This document shows, one piece after another, positions 1-9,040 of a stretch of DNA of 41,705 nt. Positions within the stretch are counted from its first letter, which is position 1; each line of letters begins with the position of its first letter. Under the pieces are notes generated by a model. It was not told the origin of the DNA. It did not search any database and saw only the letters and a list, made by a program, of their open reading frames with translations. Both the position numbers and the translations under genes were made by a program. This stretch comes from Gemmatimonadales bacterium (lineage in GTDB: Bacteria > Gemmatimonadota > Gemmatimonadetes > Gemmatimonadales > Gemmatimonadaceae). The stretch is taken from NCBI GenBank assembly GCA_038258695.1, contig JBBSPO010000001.1:1-41705 (forward strand), read 5' to 3'.

Positions 1-88
1 GCGTCAGGCGTTGCGTCCACAAACCAATCGCGTAGCGACACACCGAGCCGGCCGCACCGCCCAACGCCACACCCAGCCAGACGCTCAC
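1..88 (-). CDS. crcB: Fluoride channel CrcB/FluC, N-terminal ~29 codons only (gene runs off the left edge)
   Basis: Hand translation of the minus strand from GTG at 88-86 gives VSVWLGVALGGAAGSVCRYAIGLWTQRLT. This fits the conserved GG-x-G-[AS]-x-x-R-[YW] first helix of CrcB proteins. The GTG overlaps the TGA (87-85) of the upstream glycosyltransferase (GTGA). It is not in the ORF track because it is truncated. Confidence 0.55.
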   Translation of the reverse strand, partial: MSVWLGVALGGAAGSVCRYAIGLWTQRLT

Positions 89-1677
89 GGTGTGTCGTCC
101 CACGTCATGCGGCCCAGCGGCGGCACGTCTACCGCAATGCGGTACAACCACACCTTTCGCTGCATAACCACGCCACCCTCGCGCGCCAGATCAACCGTGG
201 CGGCCTCACGAAAATCACGGAACCACGTGCCGACTTCTGCGGCCAGCGAATCACCTCTGGCGCCTGCTTCGAACACCACCACCAGGCCATCGCCGGGTCG
301 CACGCGATCGTGCGCGGTGTCCCACAAATCGTACTGGTTGCGTCGCGATCCGAGATTGAGCGCGAAGACCGTTGGCTGATCGGGCAGCTGAAATGCCAAC
401 TGCGACGCATCCTGATAGCGATTAGCGGCCACCCACACGTCCACACTGCCATCGAGGAACGCATCACGTCGTGCCGAGTGCACGGCATCGGCCAAGGTGT
501 CCCAACCGTGGGCGCGGGCGATGGGATCACGATTGGGCTTGAGCGGCAGCAGCGGCTTCCAGGCCTGCAAGGAAACGACCACCAGCAGCACACCGGCCAG
601 TGCGAGTCCGGCGCGATACCAACGGCCATGCGCCCAGCGTGCCGAGGTTGCCGCCAGCAATACAATGGCGGCCGGATAAATGGGCGCCGGCCAGTTGGCC
701 TCAACCGAGCGTCGCCACGCGCTCAACATCACCACACCCAGGGGCACGAGCGCCACCACGCCCAACGCAAAGCGCCTTACCAGCATGTCGTGCGCGGAGA
801 GACGTTTGCGCACATCCCACGCATCACGCAGCGCCACCAGCACCGCCATCATGAACAGCACAAACAGAATTGGGGACGCGAGACCAAGCTGTCCGCCCAA
901 CAGTTCGAGTTCACGTGTAAGCGGCGATCCGCGCACGGCCGAAAACCCGTGGGAAAACTGGAACTCAAACGACACCCATTCATAAAACCAGTTCCACACC
1001 ACCACCGGTGCGAACAGCAGCCCCGAGACCACGGTGGCCACGTACGGACCCGGTTCGGCAAACCGTTTGCGCAGCGCCGGATGTACGAGAAAAGCCAGCG
1101 TCACGGCAATGGGCATGAGCGCCGCGGTGTACTTGGAGAGCAGCGCGCCGCCCAGCGCGATACCGGTGAGTGTCCACCAGGTGAGCGACGCCAGTGACCG
1201 CAGCGGCGACGACAGGGCCAGCGTCAGAAACAAGCAGGCCAGCGAGAAGGTGGCCAGAAACGGCGCGTCGGGGGTGGCCAGCACGAAGCCGAGTGTGGCC
1301 AGCGGCACGACCAGAAAAATGAGGGCCGCGCGTGCAGCGGCCCGTGGGCCGGCCAGCTGGGCCGCGAGTGCGATGAGCGCCGCATGTGCGATGCCGCCCA
1401 TGAGCCACGGACCGGCGCGTACGGCCAGCACTGTGTCGCCAAAGAGGCGCGTTGCGGCCGCGATGAGCAGCGCGATGCCAGGCGGGTGGTCGAAATAGCC
1501 GGCCTCGAGGCGACGCGTCCACTCCCAGTAGTACGTCTCGTCGGGCAGCAGCGGCACCAGCGACGCGAGCAGGGCGCGAACGGCCGCGCCCGCCAGCAGC
1601 CAGGCAATGGCGATGCGCCAATAGCGGCGGGCGGCTAACGGAGAAGGTGGTGCGAGCGGATCGTCGGAGGCGGGCAC
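85..1677 (-). CDS. ArnT/PMT-type (GT39/GT83-like) membrane glycosyltransferase
   Basis: 530-aa polytopic membrane protein. The N-terminal motif LPDETYYWEWTRRLEAGYFDHPPG is typical of polyprenyl-phosphate-sugar dependent PMT_2/ArnT glycosyltransferases. Many hydrophobic segments are followed by a soluble C-terminal domain. The first codon is GTG (1677-1675) and the start is unverified. Confidence 0.8.
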   Translation of the reverse strand: MPASDDPLAPPSPLAARRYWRIAIAWLLAGAAVRALLASLVPLLPDETYYWEWTRRLEAGYFDHPPGIALLIAAATRLFGDTVLAVRAGPWLMGGIAHAALIALAAQLAGPRAAARAALIFLVVPLATLGFVLATPDAPFLATFSLACLFLTLALSSPLRSLASLTWWTLTGIALGGALLSKYTAALMPIAVTLAFLVHPALRKRFAEPGPYVATVVSGLLFAPVVVWNWFYEWVSFEFQFSHGFSAVRGSPLTRELELLGGQLGLASPILFVLFMMAVLVALRDAWDVRKRLSAHDMLVRRFALGVVALVPLGVVMLSAWRRSVEANWPAPIYPAAIVLLAATSARWAHGRWYRAGLALAGVLLVVVSLQAWKPLLPLKPNRDPIARAHGWDTLADAVHSARRDAFLDGSVDVWVAANRYQDASQLAFQLPDQPTVFALNLGSRRNQYDLWDTAHDRVRPGDGLVVVFEAGARGDSLAAEVGTWFRDFREAATVDLAREGGVVMQRKVWLYRIAVDVPPLGRMTWDDTP

Positions 1678-1731
1678 GAGTGCAAACTCGCACGATGGCG
1701 ACGTATGTCACAGCCCCTGTGTCGCAGTGAT

Positions 1732-1764
1732 TGCACAATCGTGCCACAATCGAACACAAAATCG
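1732..1764. promoter_or_regulatory. Three phased direct repeats (TGCACAATCG / TGCCACAATCG / ACACAAAATCG) in a divergent promoter region
   Basis: CACAATCG occurs at 1734-1741 and 1745-1752, and CACAAAATCG at 1755-1764. The spacing of 10-11 bp is one helical turn. The repeats sit in the 267-bp gap between the glycosyltransferase (minus) and the Big_2 gene (plus). Confidence 0.3.
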
Positions 1765-1944
1765 GGGGACGGGTAGACACACAGGTCGTGACCAGGACAG
1801 CTTGCGACAGGTTGTTCCTGCAGTGTGACAGTTACGGCGGTTCACGCCAGTGCGTCTTTCAGCAAAGGTTGGGTCGGCGCGCGCGCCTGAACCAACAGTC
1901 ATCGTTTCCCTGCGTTTTCCCCAGTCGCCCAAGGATAGACCTGC

Positions 1945-3687
1945 ATGCGGGTCATGCCCATTATCGCCTCAGCTCGCGTTCGTCGCTTTACGGCGCTCGC
2001 GCTTGTCGTCGGTTCTATTGCTCCCTCCCTCGGATGCCGATCGTGGATCATTCGCGAACGCACGGCTGAGTCAATTTCGCTTGCGCCGGTCAACTTTGAA
2101 GTGCCGGTCAACGGCAGTCTTCGGGTTGTTGCCAGTGCATTCGACCGGAACGACAACAGCATTGGCGGCAAGAACTTTCGGTTTTCCTCGTCCAACAGCA
2201 CCGTCGCCACCATCACCGACGACGGACTGGTGATTGGCGTGTCGCCTGGCACGAGCATCATCGCGGCCGAAGTTGACGATGCGCGCGGGGAAACCACCGT
2301 TACCGTGGTGCCAGAGGTACCCAGCAGCATTCTGGTGTCACCGTCGCCTGTCACGCTTCGGCGCGGCAACGTGCGCGACTTTACCGCCACACCACGTACG
2401 TCAACCGGCTCGACCATTAGCGGTCTTACCGTGATCTGGGAGTCGAGCAACTCATCCATCGCCAGCGTCACGCAAAGCGGACAGGTCACCGCCGTTGCGC
2501 CGGGTAATGTGGCCATTGCCGCACGCGTGGGTCAGGTGGTGGGGCTCTCGCAGGTAACCATTACCGAGATCCCGATTGGAGCGATCTCACTCTCGCCGCA
2601 GAGCCGCAGCATTCAGGTTGGTGAAACGTTCATTCCCGATGTCACACTGCGCGACACTGCGCAGAATGTGATTTCGCGGCTGGGTCGTACGCTCAACTGG
2701 ACGAGCAGCAATGAGTTGAACGCCACGGTCTCGAGCACGGGTGTAGTACGCGGTGTGCGTTCGGGCTCAGCCCGGATCACGGTGTCATCGCCCGACAATC
2801 CGGCCATCAACGCGTTCATGGATGTCACGGTGAGTAACCGCGAGGTGCGGACACTTGTGATCGGGCCACGCGGCGGCTTTTTGCGCCTTGATGTCCCGCG
2901 CGCATTTGGTGCCGCACTGTTCGATTCCACCGGCACGCAGCTTATTGATCGTGTAGTCACCTGGACCAGCCTCACGCCCACAGTGCTCACCATCAGCCCA
3001 AGTGGCATCGCACGCGGACTTTCAGTTGGCACCGCCCGCTTTACCGCACGGGTGGACAACGCGGTGGACACTGTGCAGTTCACGGTCACCAAGATTCCCG
3101 TGGGCGAGGTAGAGCTGTCTCCGGCCAACACCAGCGTTCTGCAGGGCAAGCAGATCACGCTCAACCTCACCGTGCGTGACTCGACGGGCGCCGAGGTCAG
3201 CGACCGCGACGTCGTGTGGGCGACCAGCAATCCACTGCTCGCCACGGTCAGCAACACGGGCGTGGTAACGGGCGTCAGCCCGGGTAACGCCCTCATTTCG
3301 GCGACGTCAGAAGGCCGCAGTGACGTGGCCGGTGTATCGGTGCTGCAGGTACCGGTGGACTCCATCCGTCTGGTGACGCCGTCTGACACCGTGGTGAATA
3401 TCAACTCCATTGCGCCGGGCAACACGTATCAAATCCAGCTGTCGTTGCGCGACGCAGACGGCGGGGTGGTGCTCAACCGCGATTTGTTGATCAACTCAAC
3501 ATCTCCGGGTATCGCCACCGGGATCTGGAATCCGAACACACGCATTCTTACGGTAGGCTCCACGTCCCCGTCAGCCAACGGTGCCACCACGATTACGGTG
3601 CAAGCGCTTTCACAGAACGGGAATCCGCAGGGCAAAGAGACTACCATTCGGGTGAACGTCACATTTGTGGCCCCTCCGCCCGATTGA
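1945..3687 (+). CDS. Secreted/lipoprotein-like protein with about six bacterial Ig-like (Big_2) domains
   Basis: ATG at 1945 is preceded by AAGGA. The N-terminus is hydrophobic (ALALVVGSIAPSLGC). Repeated ~85-90 aa units carry the Big_2 pattern: FSSSNSTVATITDDGLVIGVSPGTSIIAAEV, WESSNSSIASVTQSGQVTAVAPGNVAIAARV, WTSSNELNATVSSTGVVRGVRSGSARITVSS, WATSNPLLATVSNTGVVTGVSPGNALISATS. Confidence 0.85.
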   Translation: MRVMPIIASARVRRFTALALVVGSIAPSLGCRSWIIRERTAESISLAPVNFEVPVNGSLRVVASAFDRNDNSIGGKNFRFSSSNSTVATITDDGLVIGVSPGTSIIAAEVDDARGETTVTVVPEVPSSILVSPSPVTLRRGNVRDFTATPRTSTGSTISGLTVIWESSNSSIASVTQSGQVTAVAPGNVAIAARVGQVVGLSQVTITEIPIGAISLSPQSRSIQVGETFIPDVTLRDTAQNVISRLGRTLNWTSSNELNATVSSTGVVRGVRSGSARITVSSPDNPAINAFMDVTVSNREVRTLVIGPRGGFLRLDVPRAFGAALFDSTGTQLIDRVVTWTSLTPTVLTISPSGIARGLSVGTARFTARVDNAVDTVQFTVTKIPVGEVELSPANTSVLQGKQITLNLTVRDSTGAEVSDRDVVWATSNPLLATVSNTGVVTGVSPGNALISATSEGRSDVAGVSVLQVPVDSIRLVTPSDTVVNINSIAPGNTYQIQLSLRDADGGVVLNRDLLINSTSPGIATGIWNPNTRILTVGSTSPSANGATTITVQALSQNGNPQGKETTIRVNVTFVAPPPD

Positions 3688-3708
3688 TTTCCGCACTATG
3701 AAGGCCTT

Positions 3709-5580
3709 ATGACCGCACCACGCACCGCCACACCGTCGTTTGTCCGGGGACTCTTTGAAGGAGACCTGAACGAGTCCCTGCTCTTCCCGTATCCGGCGCC
3801 GCTCAACGAGCGTGCGCCGGATGACGCGTCTACGGCCAAGCGATTGATTGCCGAGTTACACCGCATGGTGGACACAGGGGTGATTGACTCGGTGCAAATG
3901 GATGAAGACGAGAACATCCCCGAAGCGGTGATTGAGGGCTTTGCCAAGGCCGGATTGCTGGCGCTCTCGATTCCGAAGGAATACGGCGGCCTGGGGCTCT
4001 CAGCGTCGGGCTACGCGGTGGTGGCTGGAGCGGTGGCCGCTGTTGACCCCTCGCTGGCCGTGCTCATTGGCGTGCACTGTGGGTTGTCGTCCAAAGCGAT
4101 TGTGCTCTTTGGTAACGACCAGCAAAAAGCGCGCTACCTGCCCATGCTGGCGCGCGGCGAGACACTGGGCGCCTACGCGCTCACAGAGCCCGAAACAGGC
4201 TCTGACGCGCAGAACATTGTCTCAGGTGCTGAGCGCGCCCCCGACGGCCAGGGCTGGCTGCTGTACGGTCGTAAACACTGGATCGGTAACGGACAGCGCG
4301 CAGGCGTGATCGTGACCTTTGCACAAACGCGTGTTGAGCGTGACGGGAAAATGGTGAGTCGCCCCACGGCGTTCATCATTCGCCCGGACATGCCGGGATT
4401 CCACGTACACGGCACCATTCGCAAACTCGGCATTCGTGCCAGCACGCAGGCCGAACTCATCTACGACGCGCTCTACGTACCCGACGACCACGTTCTGGGC
4501 GAAGTGGGCAAAGGTTTTCAGGTGGCGGTCAACGCACTGAACGCCGGACGATTGTCGCTCGCGGCCGGCTGCACGGCGGCGGCCAAGTTGTTGTTGCGCG
4601 AGTACATCGCGTACGGCGAAATGCGCCAACAGTTTGGTGCGCCGCTGGCGTCGTTTGAAGTCACGCAGCGCAAGGCCGCCACGATGGCCGCCGATGCGTA
4701 CGCCGCCGACGCCATGGTGGGCGCACTGGCGGCCGCACTTGCTGAAAAAAATGTTGATGCCTCTCTCGAAGCGGCGATCGCCAAGGTGTTTGCCTCGGAG
4801 CTGATCTGGCGCGCCACCGATGAAATGGTGCAGCTGGCCGGCGGCCGCGGGTTTGTGAAGCCGTGGCCGTACGAGCGCTATCTGCGCGACGCCCGCATCA
4901 ATCGCATTTTTGAGGGTGCCAACGAGATTCTGCGGCTGTACGTGGGCCTCAATGGCGTGCAGGGCACAGCGGCACAGCTGCAGGGACTCGAGGAAGCGCT
5001 CAAGAGCCCGGTGAAGCATTGGGAGCGGGTGGCCGAATACGCCACCGGTCGCGTGAAATCGGCGCTGGGCCGGCACGAGAAGTTTGAAGTACGCCTGCAC
5101 CCGCGACTTGAGCCGCACGCGCGCTACATCGAAAAGCACACCGCCGAGCTGGCACAGGCATCTACCCGCGCGGTCATGCGCCACAAGAAGCGCATTATTG
5201 AGCGACAAATGGTTGTAGAGCGTCTGGCCGACATGGCCGCTGAGCTCTATGCACGCACGGTCACCGTGTCTCGCACACAGCGGCTCATTGAGCAGCAGGG
5301 CGTGGATGCGTGCGCGCGCGAGCTGGATTTGTGCGATCTGTTTTGTGTGACGTCCGGGCGGCGCTTTCGCGAGCTGCGCGTGGCGCTGCAGGAGGGTGGG
5401 GAGACCATTGATGAACGCCGTCGCGCCATTGCCACCGCGCTGCGCGCCGATGGTGGTTATGTGGTGAGCGATGCGCTGCTTGATGTGCCGGCGCCCGCGT
5501 TTCCGCCGCCTTCTCTCACGCCGCCGGAAACGTCTGCATCACCGGCTGACGATGCGGTGGTGCTCGCCGGCTCAACATGA
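3709..5580 (+). CDS. Long-form acyl-CoA dehydrogenase (VLCAD/ACAD9-like, with C-terminal extension)
   Basis: 623 aa. Motifs present are GAYALTEPETGSDA, KHWIGNG and IFEGANEILRLYV, plus an N-terminal FVRGLFEGDLNESLLFPYP. A ~200-aa helical extension follows the ACAD core. Confidence 0.9.
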   Translation: MTAPRTATPSFVRGLFEGDLNESLLFPYPAPLNERAPDDASTAKRLIAELHRMVDTGVIDSVQMDEDENIPEAVIEGFAKAGLLALSIPKEYGGLGLSASGYAVVAGAVAAVDPSLAVLIGVHCGLSSKAIVLFGNDQQKARYLPMLARGETLGAYALTEPETGSDAQNIVSGAERAPDGQGWLLYGRKHWIGNGQRAGVIVTFAQTRVERDGKMVSRPTAFIIRPDMPGFHVHGTIRKLGIRASTQAELIYDALYVPDDHVLGEVGKGFQVAVNALNAGRLSLAAGCTAAAKLLLREYIAYGEMRQQFGAPLASFEVTQRKAATMAADAYAADAMVGALAAALAEKNVDASLEAAIAKVFASELIWRATDEMVQLAGGRGFVKPWPYERYLRDARINRIFEGANEILRLYVGLNGVQGTAAQLQGLEEALKSPVKHWERVAEYATGRVKSALGRHEKFEVRLHPRLEPHARYIEKHTAELAQASTRAVMRHKKRIIERQMVVERLADMAAELYARTVTVSRTQRLIEQQGVDACARELDLCDLFCVTSGRRFRELRVALQEGGETIDERRRAIATALRADGGYVVSDALLDVPAPAFPPPSLTPPETSASPADDAVVLAGST

Positions 5581-5600
5581 TACCCCCGGGGGGTACCATG
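5576..5600. terminator. Imperfect 25-nt palindrome/hairpin overlapping the ACAD stop codon
   Basis: The sequence is CATGATACCCCCGGGGGGTACCATG. The arms pair at 10 of 11 positions around a C/G core, and a T-rich stretch (TTCTCGTTCACTT) follows. It could be a terminator or a protein-binding palindrome. Confidence 0.35.
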
Positions 5601-5627
5601 TTCTCGTTCACTTGGCTATTGTAGGGC

Positions 5628-6041
5628 ATGCTCACACGTTTGCGCCGATTCACCGGAGTATTGCTTGCCCTCGCGCTGTTGCCAGCGGCGGGCGGTGCGG
5701 CGCAGTGCATGGATCACGGCGAAACGGTCGCGGCTGAGGGTTCGGTGTCCAGCGCGCCGGCGGGTGCGCATGATCACGGCACGCACCATGGCAGCGCTGG
5801 CGACGCTGCGACTGTTGCCGACTCACCGGCCACGTCGCACGTCGCGGCCGACAACTGCTGCCCGCCGCCAGGCGCGCCCGGTGAATGCAGCAGCGCTATG
5901 GGGTGCAGCGCCATGAGTGCGGCCCCAGTGCACCGTGAGCTGTCACCACTGCAGCCCATCACACGTGTGATCGTGGCCGATGGTGCTCAGCTGTCACCGG
6001 GTCCATCTCCCGCCCCCGAAATCCCCCCCCCACGAAGCTGA
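5628..6041 (+). CDS. Small exported His/Cys/Met-rich protein, unknown family (putative metal-binding)
   Basis: 137 aa. The signal peptide is LTRLRRFTGVLLALALLPAAGGAAQ. The mature part contains HDHGTHHGS and CCPPPGAPGECSSAMGCSAM in an Ala/Pro/Ser-rich background. No family was recognised, so whether it is coding is only moderately certain. Confidence 0.55.
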   Translation: MLTRLRRFTGVLLALALLPAAGGAAQCMDHGETVAAEGSVSSAPAGAHDHGTHHGSAGDAATVADSPATSHVAADNCCPPPGAPGECSSAMGCSAMSAAPVHRELSPLQPITRVIVADGAQLSPGPSPAPEIPPPRS

Positions 6042-6131
6042 GTGAAGGCACGCGTTCAACCACATCTGGTTGGCGCACTGTGTTGACGCAACCGATGGCG
6101 TTTGCGTCCCTCCTTCACTGTTGGGGTATTG

Positions 6132-7094
6132 ATGTATCGTTTTGCCCGCACCACGCGGCGCAAACACGCAGGCACTGTTCGGCTTTTGCTGAGCGCGCTC
6201 GCGTTGCCGCTGACTTTTGTCCCTGCTGCGTTGCACGCACAGACGGACTTTTTCAATACGGATGGCGGACGCCCGCTGCGTGTGCAGGATGCGCACGCGG
6301 TCGAATGGCGCGCGCTGGAGCTGCAGTTCGCTCCACTACGTCTGGAGCGTCATCAGGGCAGCGGTTGGCGCGCGTCGGTTGAGCCTGAGATAGCGTTTGG
6401 CCTGCTACCGCGCACGCACGTTGGCATTGGTTTTCCGATCGCGTCAGTGGACAGACCGGGGATCGCACCGGTGGGCGGTGTAGCGGGAGAACGTCTGGCA
6501 GCGGCAACGGGCGGGCCAGCGCCTACCGTCATCGGTGTTGATCCGTCACAGGCTGGCGCCGGCCAGATCAATGGACTGGCCGGTGTGCACCTCTCGGTAA
6601 TGCACCAACTCAATGTCGAAACACGCATTCCGGCGTTTGCCGTGCGTGGTGAAGTGTTGCTGCCAGCGGGCCCGCTTGGACCCGACAAAGCGTACCCATC
6701 GCTGACCGGTATTGTGACGCGCACACTGCCCCAGTTTGGTGCAGTGCGTGTGCATGGCAACGCCAGCGTGACCTTTGGATCGGCACCCGATGCAACGGGA
6801 AACGTGCCCACCGGGCCCGTGGCCGAAGACGTACCGCGTTGGCTGGCCGGTGTGTCGGTAGACCGTGCGTTTCCGCTCAAGTTTTCGTTGCTCGCCATGG
6901 AACTGGTGGCGAGACAGGGCATGATCGAGAGCGATCCGGTGAATTGGAGCGCTGCCGCCGGCATACGTCATCAGTTCAGCCCGCGCATTGTCATGGATTT
7001 GGGTGTGGGACGGCAGTTCACCGGGCTCGACCAGCATTGGTCAATCACATTTGGCAGCGCAGTTGCGCTTGGCCTTGGCCGTCGCCTTTTCTGA
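6132..7094 (+). CDS. Outer-membrane beta-barrel protein, unknown family
   Basis: I trimmed the track ORF (6102) to the ATG at 6132. The signal peptide is RLLLSALALPLTFVPAALHAQ. Short amphipathic strands alternate through the protein, and the C-terminus ends in Phe (GLGRRLF), as in OMP beta-signals. Confidence 0.6.
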   Translation: MYRFARTTRRKHAGTVRLLLSALALPLTFVPAALHAQTDFFNTDGGRPLRVQDAHAVEWRALELQFAPLRLERHQGSGWRASVEPEIAFGLLPRTHVGIGFPIASVDRPGIAPVGGVAGERLAAATGGPAPTVIGVDPSQAGAGQINGLAGVHLSVMHQLNVETRIPAFAVRGEVLLPAGPLGPDKAYPSLTGIVTRTLPQFGAVRVHGNASVTFGSAPDATGNVPTGPVAEDVPRWLAGVSVDRAFPLKFSLLAMELVARQGMIESDPVNWSAAAGIRHQFSPRIVMDLGVGRQFTGLDQHWSITFGSAVALGLGRRLF

Positions 7095-7110
7095 AACGGA
7101 GCAGAGAGCT

Positions 7111-8268
7111 ATGACTTACAACAAAGTGCAGACCCGTTGGCGTAAAGCCGCGATGCTCGGTGCGTTGACCATGATTGGCCTCGCACCAGTGCAGACGCTA
7201 CGGGCGCAATGGGTGACCACCACCGAGCAGTTCTATCCGGGTGGCAGCTGGAATTGGCGTTTTCTCAACGTCTATCCCAACTCGGCCAGGCTGTTCAACG
7301 CGTTTGACTACGGACACGCCATTCTGTACGAAGTGCTATGGCGTGAGCCCAAGAGCAAAGCGATTCCGCGACTGGAAGAGCGCGAGTTTGATTTTCTGGT
7401 GAATGATTTGCTGGTCAAGCCACCGCGTTTGCCGCTGGCTGAAGAAGCGGTGGCACCCAAGTACGCGCGACTGGCGCCAGAAGCCAAGATGATGTTTGAG
7501 TGGGCGCACATTCTGCACCGACAGATTTACGACATCTGGTCGGACGGTCGGCTGGATGAGGCAGCGAAGGATCGCGAGACGCAGCGTATTCTTGAGGCGT
7601 ATCTGTCGCGATCCGATCTGGCGTTCAGCGTCAAGCCCAAGAGCATGAAGCTCATGCAGGAAATGCCGTATTCGCTAGCCTTCCGAAAAAACTACCCCAA
7701 GTTCAACGGACTGATCTGGGCGTACCACTGGTTGCAGGTTGGGCTGTACGAACCATTGCTCGTGGCCAAAACGCCCGAGGCGCGGGACAGCATGGTGCGC
7801 GCCACCACCGATCGCTTTCGCGCGATGATATCGAGCGCGCCGGACAACATGCCGCGCGTCATGCCCATGACGTCGGCCGTGGCGCCGGCTTTTGCCAAGC
7901 GCTATCCCACGATCGCCATCATTTTTGACAATCTGCACTCCATGCACGATGTCATCAGCGACATCCTGGCCAATGACAGCGTGGCCGACAACAACAAGCG
8001 TCGCGAAATCATGCTGGCGGCCTCACGCTTTCGCGATGACACGTCGTACGTGATGCCCGACAGCGCGTGGCGCGTGATGTCCATTGAGATGGGCGTAGAG
8101 AACCAGGGTGGACCGGCCGTCGGATTTTCGGCCGAGTTTCCAACGCCTACTGTATCGCGCGGTGCGGTGATGCAGCACGATGATGTCACTGGCAAACACA
8201 CCGGCATGGGCTGGGGCGAAATGTTGGGTGGTGCAGCGCATCACCACCGTCCGCCGCCCCAAAAGTGA
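7111..8268 (+). CDS. Exported helical protein with four repeated His motifs and a His-rich tail, unknown family
   Basis: I trimmed the track ORF (6988) to the ATG at 7111, which lies 16 nt after the barrel gene stop and is preceded by GGAGCAGAGAG. The signal peptide is AAMLGALTMIGLAPVQTLRAQ. The His motifs are FDYGHAILYE, FEWAHILHRQIYD, WAYHWLQVGLYE and FDNLHSMHDVISD, with a C-terminal GGAAHHHRPPPQK. Confidence 0.7.
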   Translation: MTYNKVQTRWRKAAMLGALTMIGLAPVQTLRAQWVTTTEQFYPGGSWNWRFLNVYPNSARLFNAFDYGHAILYEVLWREPKSKAIPRLEEREFDFLVNDLLVKPPRLPLAEEAVAPKYARLAPEAKMMFEWAHILHRQIYDIWSDGRLDEAAKDRETQRILEAYLSRSDLAFSVKPKSMKLMQEMPYSLAFRKNYPKFNGLIWAYHWLQVGLYEPLLVAKTPEARDSMVRATTDRFRAMISSAPDNMPRVMPMTSAVAPAFAKRYPTIAIIFDNLHSMHDVISDILANDSVADNNKRREIMLAASRFRDDTSYVMPDSAWRVMSIEMGVENQGGPAVGFSAEFPTPTVSRGAVMQHDDVTGKHTGMGWGEMLGGAAHHHRPPPQK

Positions 8269-8280
8269 AGTGATTGCCTG

Positions 8281-8976
8281 TCAGCTCTCTGGTGTCAGCA
8301 ACCCAAGCTTGAGCGCCAACTTTACGTAGTCTGTGCGATGCGTGATATGCAGCTTTTCGTTGATGCGCTGCTTGTACGTATCGACAGTTTTGGGACTGAT
8401 TGACAGCTGCTCGCCGATTTCCGGCGCCGTATGACCTTCCGCGAACAAGCGCAGCACCACTTGTTCGCGGTCGGTCAGCCTGTCAAAGCGTGATCGTTCG
8501 TCAGCGTGCTCTGCTTTGCGCGCGACTTTGCGCGCCAGCACCCGTGTGGCCGATGGCTGCAGGTAGATCTCGCCGGCCGCCACCGTGCGCACCGCGTCCA
8601 CGAGTTCACGCTCCGCCACGGTCTTGAGCAGATAGCCACCGGCCCCTGCTTCGAGCATGTCCACCAGGTGTTCATCTTCGCTGTGCATGGTGAGCATGAG
8701 CACGCGCCGTGTGGCTGGCGCATCCGCATCCACCGCTCGGCCAGCGGCTGCCTTTTCCAGCTCACGAGTAGCCGTGAGTCCGTCCATTTCCGGCATGGAC
8801 AGGTCCATGACAATGACGTGCGGATCAAACCGTTCGGCGAGCGCGAGCGCGTCGCGGCCGGTGGCGCCTTCTCCCACCACCATAATGTCTTTGGCCGTCG
8901 CGAGGATGGCTTTCAGCCCCGTACGCACTACGGCGTGATCGTCTACCAGCACAACGCGAATCAAGTCAGGACGCAT
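8281..8976 (-). CDS. NarL/LuxR-family response regulator (REC + LuxR-type HTH)
   Basis: The receiver domain is IRVVLVDDHAVVRTGLKAIL...HVIVMDLSMPEMDG. The C-terminal part is LTDREQVVLRLFAEGHTAPEIGEQLSISPKTVDTYKQRINEKL. ATG at 8976. No kinase gene is adjacent. Confidence 0.9.
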   Translation of the reverse strand: MRPDLIRVVLVDDHAVVRTGLKAILATAKDIMVVGEGATGRDALALAERFDPHVIVMDLSMPEMDGLTATRELEKAAAGRAVDADAPATRRVLMLTMHSEDEHLVDMLEAGAGGYLLKTVAERELVDAVRTVAAGEIYLQPSATRVLARKVARKAEHADERSRFDRLTDREQVVLRLFAEGHTAPEIGEQLSISPKTVDTYKQRINEKLHITHRTDYVKLALKLGLLTPES

Positions 8977-9040
8977 AATGGAATGTTGCGGCTACTGGCG
9001 ATTGCGGCAAGTGTGGCAGCACGTGTGCGGGCAGCGTCAC

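Noticed and set aside
85-140. Looked for a fluoride riboswitch upstream of crcB
   Set aside because: The crcB start overlaps the stop codon of the glycosyltransferase, so there is no leader region that could hold a riboswitch.
4222-5208. 328-aa minus-strand ORF antisense to the acyl-CoA dehydrogenase
   Set aside because: It lies entirely inside a confidently identified gene. The translation is Arg/Gly/His-rich with no recognisable motif, which is the typical stop-poor antisense frame of GC-rich DNA.
5628-6041. Considered the Cys-rich 137-aa protein as a RiPP precursor
   Set aside because: It has a normal Sec-type signal peptide. No maturase, cyclase, radical-SAM or peptidase-transporter genes are adjacent, so a metal-binding periplasmic protein is the more economical reading.
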